NCBI GenBank assembly: GCA_005223125.1
Contig: NJBH01000002.1
Coordinates: forward strand, 32,001-96,000
Direction: 5' to 3'
Origin: Promethearchaeota archaeon Loki_b32
Lineage (GTDB): Archaea; Asgardarchaeota; Lokiarchaeia; Sigyniarchaeales; SOKP01
Length of the DNA: 64,000 nucleotides
In this document: piece by piece, positions 47,531 to 57,684 of the stretch
How the letters are laid out: every line of letters starts with the position of its first letter
Numbering within the stretch: position 1 is the first letter of the stretch
Made by a program: the position numbers and the translations under genes
Notes under the pieces: model-generated
What the model was told of the DNA's origin: nothing
What the model saw: the letters and a program-made list of their open reading frames with translations, nothing else
Database searches by the model: none

Positions 47531-49750
47531 ATGACTGAGATCAATTGTAAAATTTGTAATGAAAGAATTAATTTTGATCTAAAAAATCCTGATACTTACA
47601 TCCATAAATCAGAATCGGGCAATTTAATGATTGGCCAATTATTTACTATCCGATTAGAACATCAAACTGATTCAGGTTCCTCACATGTAAATGTGGTTGT
47701 TGTTGATAGAAATGGAGAATATCGTGCACATAAAGATTATTATGAAGAAAAAGTGAGTGTTAAAGGAACTCCAGATCTATGGAATAACCTTCAGCGTTCT
47801 ATTCCATTAGAACTTAGATTATATTTATCTTTAGCAAGTGATGATGAGCAAATAGTTCTTTCCTCATTATCAGAGCCATTCGAAAAAACTCCACTAGAGT
47901 GGTATAAATCCTTAAAAGAATTAAGAGATAATAATCCAAATAGTCAATTAATTACATTTTTAGCTGCAAAATGGGGTTTTATTATAGGAAAAGGTAAAGA
48001 ACTTCTAAACTATAAATATGAACCTAGTTCTTGGAGTTATCCAATATATTTACGGTTACAGGCTAGATTTTCACCTTCCTCAGAATTAATATTGATTGCT
48101 AAGAGAATTGATTTCGAATTTGCTCCATTAATTATTCAATTAGAGGCAGCAGTAGCAAAATCAGAAGTTTTTCTTCGTTTAAGTAATTATGAGCTTTTAG
48201 AAGAATTATTTGATGGATGTCAGGAGAAATGGGGTAATCAAACATCTATCGAAGTAAAGACAGGATTAATGCTATTGCAGGGATATTATGGTTTTAGGTT
48301 ATATTTTCTTGGAAGGATAAATGAAGCCGTAGAAGTAATAGAGCCAGTCTTTAATTTTGGTCAAGTTTTAGGTAACCGTGAAATAATAAGTGTAACTGGA
48401 AATTTTTATGCTGCTGTTAATCAATCTAGTGGAGATTTAGAAAAAGCATTAAAAATTTTCGAAATCGTCTTAAAAGTTAGTGAGGAAATTGGTGATGAAA
48501 GAACTAATGCTGTTATTTCATCGAATATGTCTGTGATAGAATCCAAACAAGGTTTATATGATCAAGCCCTGAAACGCCAAAGAGCGATATTAGAATTACC
48601 AATTGTGAAAGAAGAGTTTTTTATAAGAATATCTTTAATGAGCATAATCGGTGAAACTCTTTTTATTTCCGAACGCTATGATGAATCAGAAGAATTATGT
48701 AAGGAAATACTGTTAGAAGAAAATTTACCTACATACTATAAAACTGATATTCTTTCTACATTGAAAAGAATTGCGGGTAAAACTGACTCTCTTGAGCTAT
48801 TAGATTTTGCAAGAAATTATATTCCAGAGGATTCAGAATTTTTAGATTCACCCGTAGGCCAAATTTTTATGCACGATCTTCAAGCAATTGAAGGTGAATT
48901 GCGGGGCAACTGGTCAGAATTGATAAATCACTTAAAAGAAGAAAGAGAAATTATGTTTAAGAATCAATCAGTTGAGGATGCAAGTGATATCGAAATTAGG
49001 CTAGCAGAAGGTTATTTTAAATATTTTCAAGAAACTGGAAAACTTGAATTCTTGAATCATGCCTATAACCATTTGGATTTAGCAAAAACTATTGCAATAG
49101 AAAATCAAAGTTATTTAGATCTATGTAGATTGGTTATGCTTAAAGGATTGCTAGCAGCCGAAAGTAGATTACCAGCACAAGCGAAAATTTATTTCGAAGA
49201 GGCACTTAGAACCGCACAAGAACATAATTTGTCAGGTTTACAAAAAGAGATAAACGAAAATCTAGAAATGCTAAATACAGGTATTATTGAAAAATCAGCT
49301 GATTCAGTATTACGCAGAATGTTTCAACGATTAACATTCAGAAAGTCTGAAGATAAAAAAACAAAAAAGAAAAGTGTTATTTATTCCCTGTTTATAGGAA
49401 CACAAGATTCTGCTTGGGAAATAATATTACGAAATGAAAAGAGCGGTTCTCTCAATGACACTATTTATCTGTTAGGAATTCATGATCTATGGAATAATAT
49501 ACGGAAAACTATGATACAACAACAGGTAAATTATTTTACCGTTCGTAGAGGTGCTGTATTAATAGAAAATTCAGCTCATTTTCAATTATTTGCCTTATGT
49601 GATCAATTGGATTATCTTACTAGATTAACTATTCAAAACCTCTTACCCGAATTAGAAGATTTCTCTTTCAGGCATATTCCAGAAGAATTAGAAGATAAAG
49701 TGTTGAAAACGCTTAACAAGGATATCGGTAAGTTTTCTAAAGTGGAATAA
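47531..49750 (+). CDS. TPR-like helical repeat protein with N-terminal CxxC/His Zn-binding domain
   Basis: CKIC...EH...HVNVVVVDRNGEYR; TPR-like GDLEKALKIFE, QGLYDQAL, AKIYFEEAL; SD GAGGTG. Confidence 0.75.
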   Translation: MTEINCKICNERINFDLKNPDTYIHKSESGNLMIGQLFTIRLEHQTDSGSSHVNVVVVDRNGEYRAHKDYYEEKVSVKGTPDLWNNLQRSIPLELRLYLSLASDDEQIVLSSLSEPFEKTPLEWYKSLKELRDNNPNSQLITFLAAKWGFIIGKGKELLNYKYEPSSWSYPIYLRLQARFSPSSELILIAKRIDFEFAPLIIQLEAAVAKSEVFLRLSNYELLEELFDGCQEKWGNQTSIEVKTGLMLLQGYYGFRLYFLGRINEAVEVIEPVFNFGQVLGNREIISVTGNFYAAVNQSSGDLEKALKIFEIVLKVSEEIGDERTNAVISSNMSVIESKQGLYDQALKRQRAILELPIVKEEFFIRISLMSIIGETLFISERYDESEELCKEILLEENLPTYYKTDILSTLKRIAGKTDSLELLDFARNYIPEDSEFLDSPVGQIFMHDLQAIEGELRGNWSELINHLKEEREIMFKNQSVEDASDIEIRLAEGYFKYFQETGKLEFLNHAYNHLDLAKTIAIENQSYLDLCRLVMLKGLLAAESRLPAQAKIYFEEALRTAQEHNLSGLQKEINENLEMLNTGIIEKSADSVLRRMFQRLTFRKSEDKKTKKKSVIYSLFIGTQDSAWEIILRNEKSGSLNDTIYLLGIHDLWNNIRKTMIQQQVNYFTVRRGAVLIENSAHFQLFALCDQLDYLTRLTIQNLLPELEDFSFRHIPEELEDKVLKTLNKDIGKFSKVE

Positions 49751-49822
49751 CCTTGATTTTTAAATTTAAACCAGAGTATAGTAAATTCCTCATCTTTTTT
49801 TTTTAAAAAAGGATACCGTTTC

Positions 49823-50191
49823 TTAAAGGAGTTTTGTTTCTGAAGTAGGAGTTGGCGTCTTTATAACTAAAAATCGAAAAATTTTATCAGATTCATTTAG
49901 TAATGTATGGGAGATTTTAGCTGGACTAAAAATCAATTGATCTTTTTTAACATGTTCTCTTTCTTTTCCAATCTCTACTATTCCATTGCCTTCAAGAATG
50001 TAAAAATTCACATCTACAGGAGTTATATGCCTTTTAAGAGCTTCTCCTGGTTTAAGTTCAATGTGAACAAATGTTGCATGTTCAAAATTAAATAATTTTT
50101 TTATAGCTACTTTATGAGGTGTATCTGCAATTTGAACGTCTTTAATATCTACTATTTTCATTTGTTTTTTACCTTTATTTTCAATTTTCAA
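49823..50191 (-). CDS. Cupin domain protein
   Basis: LKPGE..RHITP...FYILEGNG...PAKISH. Confidence 0.88.
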   Translation of the reverse strand: MKIENKGKKQMKIVDIKDVQIADTPHKVAIKKLFNFEHATFVHIELKPGEALKRHITPVDVNFYILEGNGIVEIGKEREHVKKDQLIFSPAKISHTLLNESDKIFRFLVIKTPTPTSETKLL

Positions 50192-50284
50192 TAAATAAAT
50201 ATTTAGTTATGCAGTTTAAAATTTAATATTATATAAAGTTAAGAATGAACATCTTCGAGATTAAATTATAATTTAAATCAAGTT

Positions 50285-50926
50285 TTAACTGCTAGATTGG
50301 AGATAACTCTCAGCAAGTCTTTTATAAATTCGTCTCATAGTTTCAGAAAGAGCAGATTTAGATATATGAAGAGTTTTAGCAAACTCGGTTAATGAAATTC
50401 TTCGTGGAATATCAAAATATCCGTTTTTACTTGCGATATTTAATATTTCATTTTGTCTACTAGTGAGTAGTGCAGATTTATAGTAATATCCTATACTCTC
50501 AATAGCAGCTTTAATCCCATTTTTTTCTAATTGTATCATGAAGTGATCTACCTTAAACCGATCTGTAATTGCCTCTATTCTTATTTTCCCTGCTTTTACC
50601 AATATTGGATATATTATTAAAAGCTCAGTTTTTACCAACGCGTTTAATATCCATGGATCTACCACCTTTACATTAAATAATACAAGTTCTTCTCCTTCAA
50701 ATAAAATTTGTGATGAAATTTTAGTTGATTTTTCTTTAAAGTCTGAAATAAATCGTGTAACAGATGGACCATTTATTTGATATAAAGTTAATCCAGTTTT
50801 ATCATCAATAAGAAATTTAGATAAGATATAAAAATTTAACTCAGGATATTTTTTGTTTAATTTAGCTAACCATTTATCTTGAGGTATATCTATTTTAAGT
50901 TTAATTTGAACAATATCTTGAGACAT
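50285..50926 (-). CDS. Bat-type (HTH_10) transcriptional regulator
   Basis: LTSRQNEIL..A...GYFDIPRRISLTE.A..L.ISKSALSE.MRR. Confidence 0.9.
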   Translation of the reverse strand: MSQDIVQIKLKIDIPQDKWLAKLNKKYPELNFYILSKFLIDDKTGLTLYQINGPSVTRFISDFKEKSTKISSQILFEGEELVLFNVKVVDPWILNALVKTELLIIYPILVKAGKIRIEAITDRFKVDHFMIQLEKNGIKAAIESIGYYYKSALLTSRQNEILNIASKNGYFDIPRRISLTEFAKTLHISKSALSETMRRIYKRLAESYLQSSS

Positions 50927-50956
50927 ATTAAAATAAAAAATGCCTTTAAAAATATA

Positions 50957-50972
50957 CTTTACCCGTAAAGGA
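50957..50972 (+). promoter_or_regulatory. Palindromic site CTTTAC-N2-GTAAAG(GA) in the divergent regulator/Fe-S gene spacer
   Basis: Perfect 6-bp arms; related site at 54210-54225. Confidence 0.45.
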
Positions 50973-51036
50973 AGAAAAATTTTTCTCTTTAATCCTTATA
51001 ATTAATTAAAATAAATTAAAAAAATAACTGATTAAA

Positions 51037-51879
51037 ATGATTTTGCAAAATACAGGAATGAAGTTCGATGTGATTACAGCAATTCCCATGTTTATATTAT
51101 GGATTGCTATATCTATCGTGGCTTTAATTTTAATTAATAAAGGAAAATTGAATAAAAAATATAGTTTGATTATTTATGCATTCGTGATTGTTCTTGGAGG
51201 TGTTATCCTAGGTGGTATACCCAATGCTGTTTTACCAATTCAAACTATTCTTTCGACTATTGGAGTGATCAGGCCTATTATTACCATTCTACCTATGATA
51301 ATAATCTTAATAATATTACTACTAACAGTATTATTATTTGGTCGAATATTCTGTGGTTTTGCTTGCCCAGTGGGGGCATTGCAAGAAATTGTTTCAAAAA
51401 TTAACTTTAAGTCTAGCGTCAAAAAGCAAAAAAATGTGAAATATAAAATAGATATTTCTCTAAAAACCGCAACTATTATACGATGGATTCTTTTTGCAGT
51501 TGTTGTTGTATTAACAATTTTCTGGAGTTTTTCAGTCCTACAAATAATAAATCCTTTCACTGGCTTTAAAATTTTTACTAATCCTCTTGTTCCTCTGTTT
51601 TTAATTCCCGGAATTACATTATTGATAGTAACAGTTGCTAGTATTTTCATATATCGACCTTGGTGTAGACTTGCTTGCCCATTTGGTGCATTGTCTTCTA
51701 TAGTTGGTCGTTTTAGCCGAATTAAATACATAAGAACAGAAGACTGTAATGAATGCGGATTATGTGAAAAAATTTGTCCTACTCATCAAGCAGAACAAAA
51801 TAGCAAAAAAGAAGAATGTTATTATTGTAGTAGATGTGTTGATGTTTGTCCTCAGAATTCCATAAAATTGGGAAAATAA
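51037..51879 (+). CDS. Membrane 4Fe-4S binding protein (NapH/YccM-like)
   Basis: GRIFCGFACPVGALQE, RPWCRLACPFG, two CxxCxxCxxxCP clusters. Confidence 0.9.
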   Translation: MILQNTGMKFDVITAIPMFILWIAISIVALILINKGKLNKKYSLIIYAFVIVLGGVILGGIPNAVLPIQTILSTIGVIRPIITILPMIIILIILLLTVLLFGRIFCGFACPVGALQEIVSKINFKSSVKKQKNVKYKIDISLKTATIIRWILFAVVVVLTIFWSFSVLQIINPFTGFKIFTNPLVPLFLIPGITLLIVTVASIFIYRPWCRLACPFGALSSIVGRFSRIKYIRTEDCNECGLCEKICPTHQAEQNSKKEECYYCSRCVDVCPQNSIKLGK

Positions 51880-52033
51880 TATAAACCCAAATTATTTAAA
51901 ACTTTTTTATTTTTTAATTTAAGATGTTTACACTATCGCAGATCTAATTGTTATTCTTAATAACCTACTTATGTAATAATTCCTACTGATTTAAAAAAAC
52001 TAATTTTCTTTAATTTCTATTTGGCGAGTAATT

Positions 52034-52347
52034 TTAGTGTCCATCTTGAACACCTAAAATAATCAAATTTTCAAGACTTTTTATACCTCTTATTTCATTA
52101 GCTTCGATAAATATAGAATCATTCTTTTTTAATTCATATTCTCCGTCTTTACGGGTAAAAATTCCAGAACCTCTAATATTAAAAAAAATACAGCATAAGG
52201 TTCAGTGTGTGGTTGTATTTCTATTCCTTTTTCTAAGCACACACGAACTATATTAAACATTTTTGATTTAATGATTTTTTTTAGAACTGGTTTTTTTGCT
52301 GAAAATATTACATTAGATAATAGATTATCAGAAATCATTTTATTCAC
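52034..52347 (-). pseudogene. Frameshifted cupin gene
   Basis: N-half ...QPHTEPYAVFFLILE continues in the -1 frame as GSGIFTRKDGEYELKKNDSIFIEANEIRGIKSLENLIILGVQDGH*; one base missing near 52171. Confidence 0.75.
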
Positions 52348-52353
52348 TATTAA

Positions 52354-53154
52354 TTACCTCATATTTTTTTTCATCATCATTTTTTTCTTACTTGCTGTTT
52401 CGGATAATCTCTTAGGCATCGTTTTCTTATGTAAGATGTAATTTACAATAGATAATGATATTATCCAAAAGATTAACATTAAGATGTCAAATTGAACTAA
52501 GAAAAAATTATTCCCCTCCACGCAAAATCTTAATAAATCGGTTAGAAATGTTATGGGTGATAGAAAGGATATGAATACTAAATTGAATGGCATCATTTGG
52601 AGAGGAACAAAAATTCCGCTTATAAATAGTAAGGGGAACTTAATGAGATTCATGATAATCATCACGTCTGAGGTCATATCTGTTGGGTTAGCAGCTACTA
52701 ATAAACCTAATAGTGAACCTAAGATTGACATGAGTCCAATCCCAAAAAACATTAAAAATATAGTTATTAGTGAATTGAATCCAACTGAAAATATTAGTAC
52801 AAAGATAATAGTAATAATTGAAGTAATAAATAATGAATAAAGAGTGGAAGCCAAGATTATCCCTATTAAAATTTCATTCAATGATATCGGAGAAGATAGT
52901 ATCCTTTCTAAAGATTTTTCACGGGTTTCAATTGGTAAGACAACAGGACTAATTGCCGTAGCTGTGAAAAAAGACGTCATTGCGATAATCCCAATAAATA
53001 CAAGATTTAAAGAGATCTTCCTCCCAATAACCCACGAGAGAGTCATAAAGAAAGGAAACATTAAGCCAAAAATCAGTACTGGCCCCTTTTTAATATACAA
53101 GGTTATATTTTTCTTACTTAAAAGCCAAATTCTAGTTAAACTATCCTGGATCAT
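52354..53154 (-). CDS. ABC-2 type transporter permease
   Basis: ETREKSLERILSSPIS, FPLLFISGIFVPL..MP, SPIT. Confidence 0.9.
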   Translation of the reverse strand: MIQDSLTRIWLLSKKNITLYIKKGPVLIFGLMFPFFMTLSWVIGRKISLNLVFIGIIAMTSFFTATAISPVVLPIETREKSLERILSSPISLNEILIGIILASTLYSLFITSIITIIFVLIFSVGFNSLITIFLMFFGIGLMSILGSLLGLLVAANPTDMTSDVMIIMNLIKFPLLFISGIFVPLQMMPFNLVFISFLSPITFLTDLLRFCVEGNNFFLVQFDILMLIFWIISLSIVNYILHKKTMPKRLSETASKKKMMMKKNMR

Positions 53155-54143
53155 TTAGCCATCCCCTCCTCAGATGTTAGGTCATCCTTTATTAGATGAA
53201 TAAATACCTCTTCTAACGATGTTTCTTTTATTTTTAAATCAGAAATCTTTATGTCGTTTTCCTTTGATGTTTGAAATAAGTTTGATATATCCCTTAAAGC
53301 GTTTGTACTAGAGAATACATAATAACCATTTTTATCTTTAACAAGTTTAACTATTTTGGATAAAATTCTTTCTTGTTCACTGGATATCACGCCGTCAATT
53401 TTAAATAGGATTGTTGAAGTAGATTTAAACTGTTCCCGTAGGGTATCTGGACTCTCATCAGCAATGATTTTTCCCTTATTCATGATTAAAATTCTATCGC
53501 ACATATTCTGAGCTTCCCGCATATCATGAGTAGTAATAAGTATTGTTTTACCTTCCTCTTTCAATTTAAGAATTCGGTTTCTCATTAGATTAACAGAAAT
53601 TGGATCTAAACCACTAGTAGGTTCATCAAGAATTAGAATAGGTGGATCATGTAGTAAAGCAAGACAGAGATTTAAGCGTTGTTTAAGTCCTTTTGAAAGT
53701 GTTTTCGTTTTAAAATACATCTTATCTATTAAATTAAATTGAGTTAAAAGTTTTTTTGAGCGTTTTTCAATCTCATCCTTTGAAATTCCATATATCCCAC
53801 CTGAAAACATGAGGTTTTGCCATACACTGTAATCCGAAAACGCATTGCTAATTTCAGGGACGATTCCAAAATTCTTTTTATATTTAGTTGGATTATGTGT
53901 TATATCATCTCCAAAAATTTCTATTTTTGCATTATTTTCTAATTGAAAAACACCCGTTAATAATCGAATTGTTGTGGTTTTACCGGCACCATTAGGACCA
54001 AGAATTCCAACGATTTCACCTTGATTAATTTCAAAAGAAACATCGTTTACAGCAACAAGGGATCCAAATCTTTTAATTAAGTTTATAACCTTAATAGCAA
54101 CTAATTCTGTAATCAAATTTTGATTTTGAGAAATTTCAATCAC
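53151..54143 (-). CDS. ABC-2 exporter ATP-binding protein
   Basis: GPNGAGKTT, LSKGLKQR, ILDEPTSGLDP, TTH, SLEEVF. Confidence 0.92.
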   Translation of the reverse strand: MIEISQNQNLITELVAIKVINLIKRFGSLVAVNDVSFEINQGEIVGILGPNGAGKTTTIRLLTGVFQLENNAKIEIFGDDITHNPTKYKKNFGIVPEISNAFSDYSVWQNLMFSGGIYGISKDEIEKRSKKLLTQFNLIDKMYFKTKTLSKGLKQRLNLCLALLHDPPILILDEPTSGLDPISVNLMRNRILKLKEEGKTILITTHDMREAQNMCDRILIMNKGKIIADESPDTLREQFKSTSTILFKIDGVISSEQERILSKIVKLVKDKNGYYVFSSTNALRDISNLFQTSKENDIKISDLKIKETSLEEVFIHLIKDDLTSEEGMAK

Positions 54144-54209
54144 TTAATCTTTTTTGTTATTATGATATTTTAATTAATATGATTAATTAGGAAAAAAAAA
54201 TATATTTTA

Positions 54210-54225
54210 TCCTTTACATGTAAAA
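54210..54225 (-). promoter_or_regulatory. Second TTTAC-N2-GTAAAGGA site, upstream of the ABC-2 operon
   Basis: Minus strand reads TTTTACATGTAAAGGA just after a TTTAAA box, as at 50957. Confidence 0.45.
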
Positions 54226-54321
54226 CTCATTTAAAAGGAATTATATAAATTTCATTATTCATGAAGTACTTAGCTCTTATAATATAAATAATAAATAGGA
54301 TGTTGATTCTTTAATAGAAAT

Positions 54322-54735
54322 TTAAGGTTCATTTCTTTCGATTTCGTTAATTATGTCGAAATCGCCATCAAAACTGATAATTTTATTAATTTTATTTTCC
54401 AAAGCACTTGCTGCATGAATAGCATCTCTAGGTTGGATATGGTAATTAGCTATCAAATCTTGCGCTCGATTAATAGTTGTTAGTGATAATTTTACTATTC
54501 TCAGGTTTGGAAAAACAAGAAATTTTTTCCCTTTTTCTATAGCGACATGTATGCCAAGAGTTTTCCTTATTATCCAAATAAATTCATCCCAAGTTAAAAC
54601 TGATGTAAATCCTAATTTTTTATTAGTAATTATCTCTTCTAAAAAGTTTTTAGATTTTTTTGCTTCTTGATCTTTATTAATATCATATAAAATTGGATTA
54701 AGAAATATATTTGTATCAATGTAGACTTTTTCCAT
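54322..54735 (-). CDS. vapC: VapC PIN-domain toxin
   Basis: VYIDTNIF, TSVLTWDE, PRDAIHAASA, IISFDGDFD. Confidence 0.92.
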   Translation of the reverse strand: MEKVYIDTNIFLNPILYDINKDQEAKKSKNFLEEIITNKKLGFTSVLTWDEFIWIIRKTLGIHVAIEKGKKFLVFPNLRIVKLSLTTINRAQDLIANYHIQPRDAIHAASALENKINKIISFDGDFDIINEIERNEP

Positions 54736-54738
54736 AAT

Positions 54739-54987
54739 TTAATCCTTTGTATATTGCTCGTAGTATAATTTTTTAAAATCTATTTTCTCAGTTAATTTTT
54801 CAGGAGTTTCTAAAAAATCCTTTAAAAATCCTTCCTTATCAGGAGGGAGACTAATTCTTATTTCTTTTTCAATAATCTCTATATAAACTTCACTGCCAGG
54901 TTTAATATTAAGAGCATCTCGTACATCTTTAGGTATAACGACTTGACCTTTTGGACCAACTTTTCTTTTTATTATCATATTTATCAA
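54739..54987 (-). CDS. vapB: AbrB/MazE-type antitoxin
   Basis: KVGPKGQVVIPKDVRDALNIKPG. Confidence 0.9.
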   Translation of the reverse strand: MINMIIKRKVGPKGQVVIPKDVRDALNIKPGSEVYIEIIEKEIRISLPPDKEGFLKDFLETPEKLTEKIDFKKLYYEQYTKD

Positions 54988-55126
54988 TTTATAATAGTAT
55001 AAATATTAATTTATACTTTTTCATACTAATAATTCTTACTCTATTATATCTATTTTATTTCCAATAATAAAGAAAAACACTTAAAGAGTTTATTTCAAAT
55101 CATTAGATTTCCTAATTCTCCTAGCA

Positions 55127-55456
55127 TTATTTAAAGAGTTTCTTAGATTGCTCAATTTCAGAGATAATTTCCTCTTTAGATTGGTCCGGAGGATGTATAT
55201 TCTCTCTTTGAACATATTCCATTATTTCATAGAGAGACACATTTGCTTGTGAAGCCGCTTCTTGTAAGCTAACAATACCTTTTTTGTATAAATCTGTCAT
55301 CTGTTTTATTTCATACTCTTTTAACTTTTGTAGTATGAATTTCCTTACAAGAGCTGAACGATCGATATTTTCTTTTTTTGCTATTTTTTCTAATTTTTCT
55401 GCATCTTTATCATCTATTCTAGTACTTATAGTTTTACTCATTTCTTTCTCCCTCAT
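55127..55456 (-). CDS. RHH / UPF0175-type antitoxin
   Basis: KTISTRID...LEKIAKKENIDRSALVR; G.VSLQEAA..A.VSLYE. Confidence 0.8.
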   Translation of the reverse strand: MREKEMSKTISTRIDDKDAEKLEKIAKKENIDRSALVRKFILQKLKEYEIKQMTDLYKKGIVSLQEAASQANVSLYEIMEYVQRENIHPPDQSKEEIISEIEQSKKLFK

Positions 55457-55940
55457 TTGACATTAATTCTAAAAATACTGAGATTCTATTTGCTGAAGTG
55501 CCATTAACACCCTTTAGTTCATTAAGAATGTTGATAAACCTCTTCCTGTCAATAGCTTCTTTCAATAATTGATTATAAAAGAAAGTATCTAATTCCATGA
55601 AAGTCACATTGAAATTTTTAAATTTTTTATTTGCTTTAATGTCTGAACTAATGCAGATACCTTCTTTTTTAGCTAAGATGTAGCAGCTAGTTTCGCCAGG
55701 ATCTCTAAATTTGGATAGATCTGATTTTATGTCTATAGGTATTATGGGGATTTGGTTCTTCTCGAGAAAATCCTTTGCATTATAAGCGTCCGGATATTTA
55801 TTTTCTATACCTTTCTCCACTACTTCATTATATACACTTTTATCAATGACCAAATCATCATCAATCAAATTAATAAAATCTTGCGATAGACCTGTTTTAA
55901 CTAGGTATATAAATGCGTTTGCATCTAATATAAATCTCAT
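55434..55940 (-). CDS. PIN-domain protein (DUF3368-like)
   Basis: FILDANAFIYL, VYNEV, DPGETS, ISSD. Confidence 0.8.
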   Translation of the reverse strand: MRFILDANAFIYLVKTGLSQDFINLIDDDLVIDKSVYNEVVEKGIENKYPDAYNAKDFLEKNQIPIIPIDIKSDLSKFRDPGETSCYILAKKEGICISSDIKANKKFKNFNVTFMELDTFFYNQLLKEAIDRKRFINILNELKGVNGTSANRISVFLELMSNEGERNE

Positions 55941-56299
55941 ATATGAATTATATACAAATGATCATATATAAATTTGGTTTGAATACAATTTTAAAGTTTC
56001 ATGGTATCTCTCTAGGACTAGAAATAATGTATTTCGAAGATGATATTTTTAGGAGATGATAAAAAGAATTAATCTTCCCTGAGTAAGACAATAAAGTTTA
56101 TCAGTTTTATACTGATAAATCCTTATTTTAACTCCTGCTAAATCTAAGCCAAGCTCTCCCTTATATCCTATATTTTAAATTTGTTAATAATAGGATGTTG
56201 GTTGCTTAATATAAATATTAAAAATTTAAACTCCTTTACCTTTTTTATATTAGAAGAAACTCATTTTTTTAAAGGAAATTAATTTAGAGAGAGAAAAGA

Positions 56300-57631
56300 T
56301 TGGTAAGACCACCAACAGAAAAAAATATTTGTCTTCGATGTAAGGGAGCAAGATTATTATGTGGGAAGAAAACATGCCCAATCTTATTAAAAAAGTCTGT
56401 AATGAAATCTTTAGTCCCTTTTGAGTTGGATAAGACAAGAAGGGATGTTGAAATCTTTGGTGCGAGCCCACCTGGCTTTTTTGTTGGCCATTTCAATTAT
56501 CCAAATGTCTATCTTGGACCGTTAGTGCCATTTCAAGAATTTGAAACCGGACTTGAGATTTCAGATTACCATTTACTTGATGCTCCTGAACTTTGGTTTG
56601 GAAAGTCAATCGTTGAGGTGGTAAGGTATCGATCTAGTTTAGTGCGAAGTAATTTCAAAATAAATGTAAATATAAGTCAAAAGTCAAAGAAAAATACTCC
56701 TTCATTAAAAACACAAAAATTACTAGAAACATCTCAAGAATTATCTATGGCTGCTCGTCCTGTAGATACTGAAACAAAATTGGAAAGGATGAATCTCAGA
56801 ATGATAATGGATAATCATGCTTTACCCATGGGCCCTTCTGGTATAACTGAAAAGATAAAGATAACAGAAAATACTAAAGTTCACCCTCAAGTGGATTATT
56901 GTGTTTCAGATACAGATTTAAAAGCATCTGAAGCCGTTTCAGAAAATCTTTATTTTAAAGGACACGTTCCAGAATCAACAATTAAAAGAGTATTTTCAGC
57001 GGGACTACTTGGTGAAGAAAAAAGACGAAAAATAGTCCCAACAAGATGGGCTATAACTGCTGTTGATGATATTATTTCAAAAGCCTTAATTAAAGAGATA
57101 AAACAATTTCCAGAAATTAATGATTACCAGATTTTTGAGGCTACATATCTTGATAATCATTTCAAAATTCTACTTTTTCCTGGGAAATTCATTTATGAAA
57201 TGAATGAAGTGTGGGCACCAAATACTTTATGGAATATTTCTCTTGATGGGAGAAATCGTAATTTGAAACCACAAATAATGACTGATTTTGAATTTTATAG
57301 AGGGAGAAAATCTTATGCAAACAATATCACAGGCGCGTATTATGCGGCAAGAAAATCTGTATGTGAATATCTCTATAAAATCAAGAGACAAGCAAGAGTC
57401 CTCATATTCCGAGAAGTCTCTGGGGGTTATATTGTCCCACTTGGCGTTTGGGTAATACGAGAGACTGTTAATAATGCTATGTGGACCAGTCAACCAATCA
57501 TTCTAGATAATTTTAATGATTCAATGAAAATTATGGCAGAGGGGTTCATGGTCGATTATAAATATTGGAAAGCAAGCAGTAAATTAATTAATTTCATTAA
57601 AACCCAAAAAACCATTGATACTTTTCTATAA
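56300..57631 (+). CDS. nreA: Archaeal DNA repair protein Nre with C-terminal PIP box
   Basis: CLRCKG..LCG...CP, GASPP..FVG...YP.V..GP, VPTRWAITAVDD, GAYYAAR, PLGVWVIRE, C-terminal QKTIDTFL. Confidence 0.92.
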   Translation: MVRPPTEKNICLRCKGARLLCGKKTCPILLKKSVMKSLVPFELDKTRRDVEIFGASPPGFFVGHFNYPNVYLGPLVPFQEFETGLEISDYHLLDAPELWFGKSIVEVVRYRSSLVRSNFKINVNISQKSKKNTPSLKTQKLLETSQELSMAARPVDTETKLERMNLRMIMDNHALPMGPSGITEKIKITENTKVHPQVDYCVSDTDLKASEAVSENLYFKGHVPESTIKRVFSAGLLGEEKRRKIVPTRWAITAVDDIISKALIKEIKQFPEINDYQIFEATYLDNHFKILLFPGKFIYEMNEVWAPNTLWNISLDGRNRNLKPQIMTDFEFYRGRKSYANNITGAYYAARKSVCEYLYKIKRQARVLIFREVSGGYIVPLGVWVIRETVNNAMWTSQPIILDNFNDSMKIMAEGFMVDYKYWKASSKLINFIKTQKTIDTFL

Positions 57632-57684
57632 CTCCTCTAGAGAATGAGCATTAATTTCTTAAGCAATAGAGAGTAAAATTTATT

